Below, one piece after another: positions 61,611-64,000 of a stretch of 64,000 bases of DNA. The notes under the pieces were generated by a model, which worked only from the letters and a program-made list of their open reading frames with translations, was not told where the DNA came from and searched no databases. Position numbers and translations under genes: made by a program. Each line of letters opens with the position of its first letter. Position 1 is the stretch's first letter. The stretch spans positions 32,054,001 through 32,118,000 of the forward strand of contig NC_043005.1 of NCBI RefSeq assembly GCF_006345805.1, written 5' to 3'. This DNA comes from Octopus sinensis (Eukaryota).

Positions 61611-61994
61611 TACTAAAGCTGTCAGAATTACTATCCCAACAATCCACATGAAAACACCAACCACTGTCTGAGTAATTAAAGCTATGTATGATTATGTACT
61701 TTTATACCTACTTTTTTTTATAAATTCACAGTTATATACAGATGTCTCTCTATATATGTGTATACATAAAAAAATATATGTAGGGGTATGTTTGTATGGA
61801 TGTGCATATATGTGTGTAGGTGTATGTTAAAGTTTATCAGTGTGTTTGTATGGTGATATGTGTATATATATATCATGCTGGCTACTTCATAAAATCTTAT
61901 CTATTTATATGTGTGTGTGTGTTCAAATGTGTACATATATGTAAACATGTCTAGATGTGTTTTTATGCATATAAATGTATATGGAAATTGTAGC

Positions 61995-62318
61995 TGTGAT
62001 ACCAGTGCTGGTGGCACAAAAGAGAACCATCCGAACGTGGCCATTGCCAGCACCACCCCGACTGGCTTCCGTGCCGGTGGCACGTAAAAAGCACCATCCA
62101 ATCGTGGCCGTTTGCCAGCCTCGTCTGGCACCTGTACCAGTGGCACGTAAAAAGCACCCACTACACTCATGGAGTGGTTGGCGTTAGGAAGGGCATCTAG
62201 CCATAGAAACATTGCTAGATCAGACTGGGCCTGGTGCAGCCTTCTGGCTTCCTAGACCCCAACTGCACCGTCCAACCCATGCCAGCATGGAAAGCAGACA
62301 CTAAACAATGATGATGAT
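61995..62318 (+). mobile_element. Young RTE 3'UTR tail with three hairpin units
   Basis: Three gtgcc-ggt-ggcac-type units, aagggcatc, (GAT)n. Confidence 0.88.
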
Positions 62319-62359
62319 GATATATATATGTGTGTGTGTACATATATGTGTATATGGTA

Positions 62360-62560
62360 TGCTGTGAAGACGTGGGTATTCACCTCACAATTGTAAGGTC
62401 GTGTGTTCGATTCCTGATGACGCATCATGTCCTTAAGCAAGATACTTTATTTCATGTTACTCTAGCATACTCAGCTGGCAAAAATGAGTAGTACCTGTAC
62501 TTCAAAGGGCCAGCCTGGTCACATCCTGGGTCATGCTGAATCATTCTGAGAACTATGTTT
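62360..62560 (+). mobile_element. tRNA-derived SINE (15298 family)
   Basis: B-box gttcgattcc, then ccttaagcaagatactttatttc core. Confidence 0.7.
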
Positions 62561-62882
62561 GTGGATGGGCATCTGTATGTGTATTTGTATGGGCACACAT
62601 GCAGATACCAGTTTGAGTATATGTATTTTCCTGGGTATCTATCTGGGTGTGTACATATATATGTGTGTGTGTGTGTGTGCATATATGTATGTGTGTTGTT
62701 GCACATATATCTATGAATGCAGGTACAGACAACTTGCAAGACAAAAGCCCCCTCAGCTGGGAGGAGGGAGTAATAGTCAGGGGGTGGCTTTGAGCCAGTT
62801 GATGAGAGATTAAAGATATAGAGGAAAAGGGATAGGTGTCTTACCGTAGAATACACGTGCACATATACCTGAATTTAAGTAT

Positions 62883-62913
<31 letters not shown>

Positions 62914-64000
62914 CACACACACATATATTTACTTGAGGCACAAGCATTCTCAAGCTGGACAGAAAATCCTTAAGTAATAATTTTATTTCATTTCTTTTTC
63001 TTGGAAAATTTAGACTTTCTTTAAGGAACTATTCCTTCATTTCTTCTAACCTTATTAACAATATGCTATTCTGTACATTACCAAAAACGTTTTGTTTTAA
63101 TCCTCCTACATACACCGATATATGATATTTATCCATTACCATCAAATCTCTTAACCCCTGTGCCTATTCTGTACTTTCTTATCCCATCTATTTCACCCTG
63201 CCACCTATAGGAAAGTGCCCAATTTGTGCATATTGAGTATCTTCCTTCCCTCTATCTCCACTAACTACTAACCCTCCTGCTTATTGAACGAGGTATGATG
63301 CTTGAGTGTGAATAGACTGAACTCTGGCAACCTTTTATTCATCCTCCCTCACCATACTTTCTTGGGTTATGTTACTTTGAGGATATACCCTGACCTATCA
63401 TCATCATCTTACCTATCTCTGCATCACTCTAGAGATTACTATATTTCTGTCCTTCCGGTTCCAGATATAGCTTGCTAGAGTTTTGCTTTTCCTTTTGTCT
63501 AAGAATTTAAAAAATGATTGGTGGTTGGTGTAATTCTTTTTGAATCATACTCAAACAATTCAATAGATTTTTTCCCTTTAGTGTCCTTATTTTGTGGAAC
63601 AAAGGTGATCACAGCTTTGTAGATGCATGTCTAATCAAGGGGGCATCTTGGTTGAATAATATAAAATGCTGTCTTTCATATTAGGGCCACAGCTGCAGAA
63701 AACTTACATGGAACATTTATTGAAGACAGCTACAATATCTATGGATATCAAGGAAATGCTTATCTATCAGAGCTAGAAATATTTTACCTCCATCAGACCT
63801 AACATTCAAAGAGAAAGAGGGACTTGGCTTCTATTTGGGATGGAGAGGATAATTTCATCTCTTTAAAGCAACTGTTGGCCAAGGCACTATTACTGTAGCA
63901 GCTGCTTTATGGAAAAGTATATACTCATATACATACATGGTTTTGTGGTTTACTATGAGCAAATATCTTTTACAATAACCAAAGCCAACCAACCAATAAC

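Noticed and set aside
62005-62160. Palindromic ~25-nt repeats with ~40-nt spacers resembling a CRISPR array (also 11575-11800)
   Set aside because: Spacers are homologous to each other, the array sits in an RTE 3'UTR, the context is eukaryotic and no cas genes are present
63560-63960. Higher-complexity segment with short open frames at the window end
   Set aside because: No frame longer than about 40 codons, no convincing splice-site pair and no recognised motif

Overview
AT-rich, repeat-dense animal genomic DNA, most likely from an octopus. This is inferred from the tRNA-derived SINEs, RTE LINE tails ending in (GAT)n, abundant (TA)n/(CA)n tracts and a mollusc-like protein; no database search was run. 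The window holds the 3' part of one + strand gene, a UBAP2/UBAP2L (lingerer/NICE-4) orthologue. I reconstructed it by hand as 16 coding exons with consistent splice phases (1449-47097, about 876 aa). The N-terminal UBA/RGG part lies upstream of the window. The 3'UTR probably ends near AATAAA at 48675. Introns and the downstream region are packed with decayed Tc1/mariner, hAT-Charlie, piggyBac-type MITE, Gypsy, RTE, CR1/L2-like and Penelope elements plus SINEs. Almost all ORF-track entries are TE fragments, antisense shadows or microsatellite artefacts. Most notable observations: (1) a ~390-bp fold-back inverted duplication at 43670-44060 and a 566-bp fold-back MITE at 6086-6651, both giving long dsRNA in the pre-mRNA; (2) glycine substitutions in the conserved DUF3697/G3BP-binding motif; (3) several competing splice sites (GC/GT tandem donor, internal frameshifting donor, alternative acceptor followed directly by TAA); (4) an RTE copy that lost its whole RT domain; (5) RTE 3'UTRs with a variable number of hairpin units. 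I found no CRISPR array, rRNA, true tRNA or clearly new multi-gene system. TE boundaries are approximate unless TIR/TSD coordinates are given.
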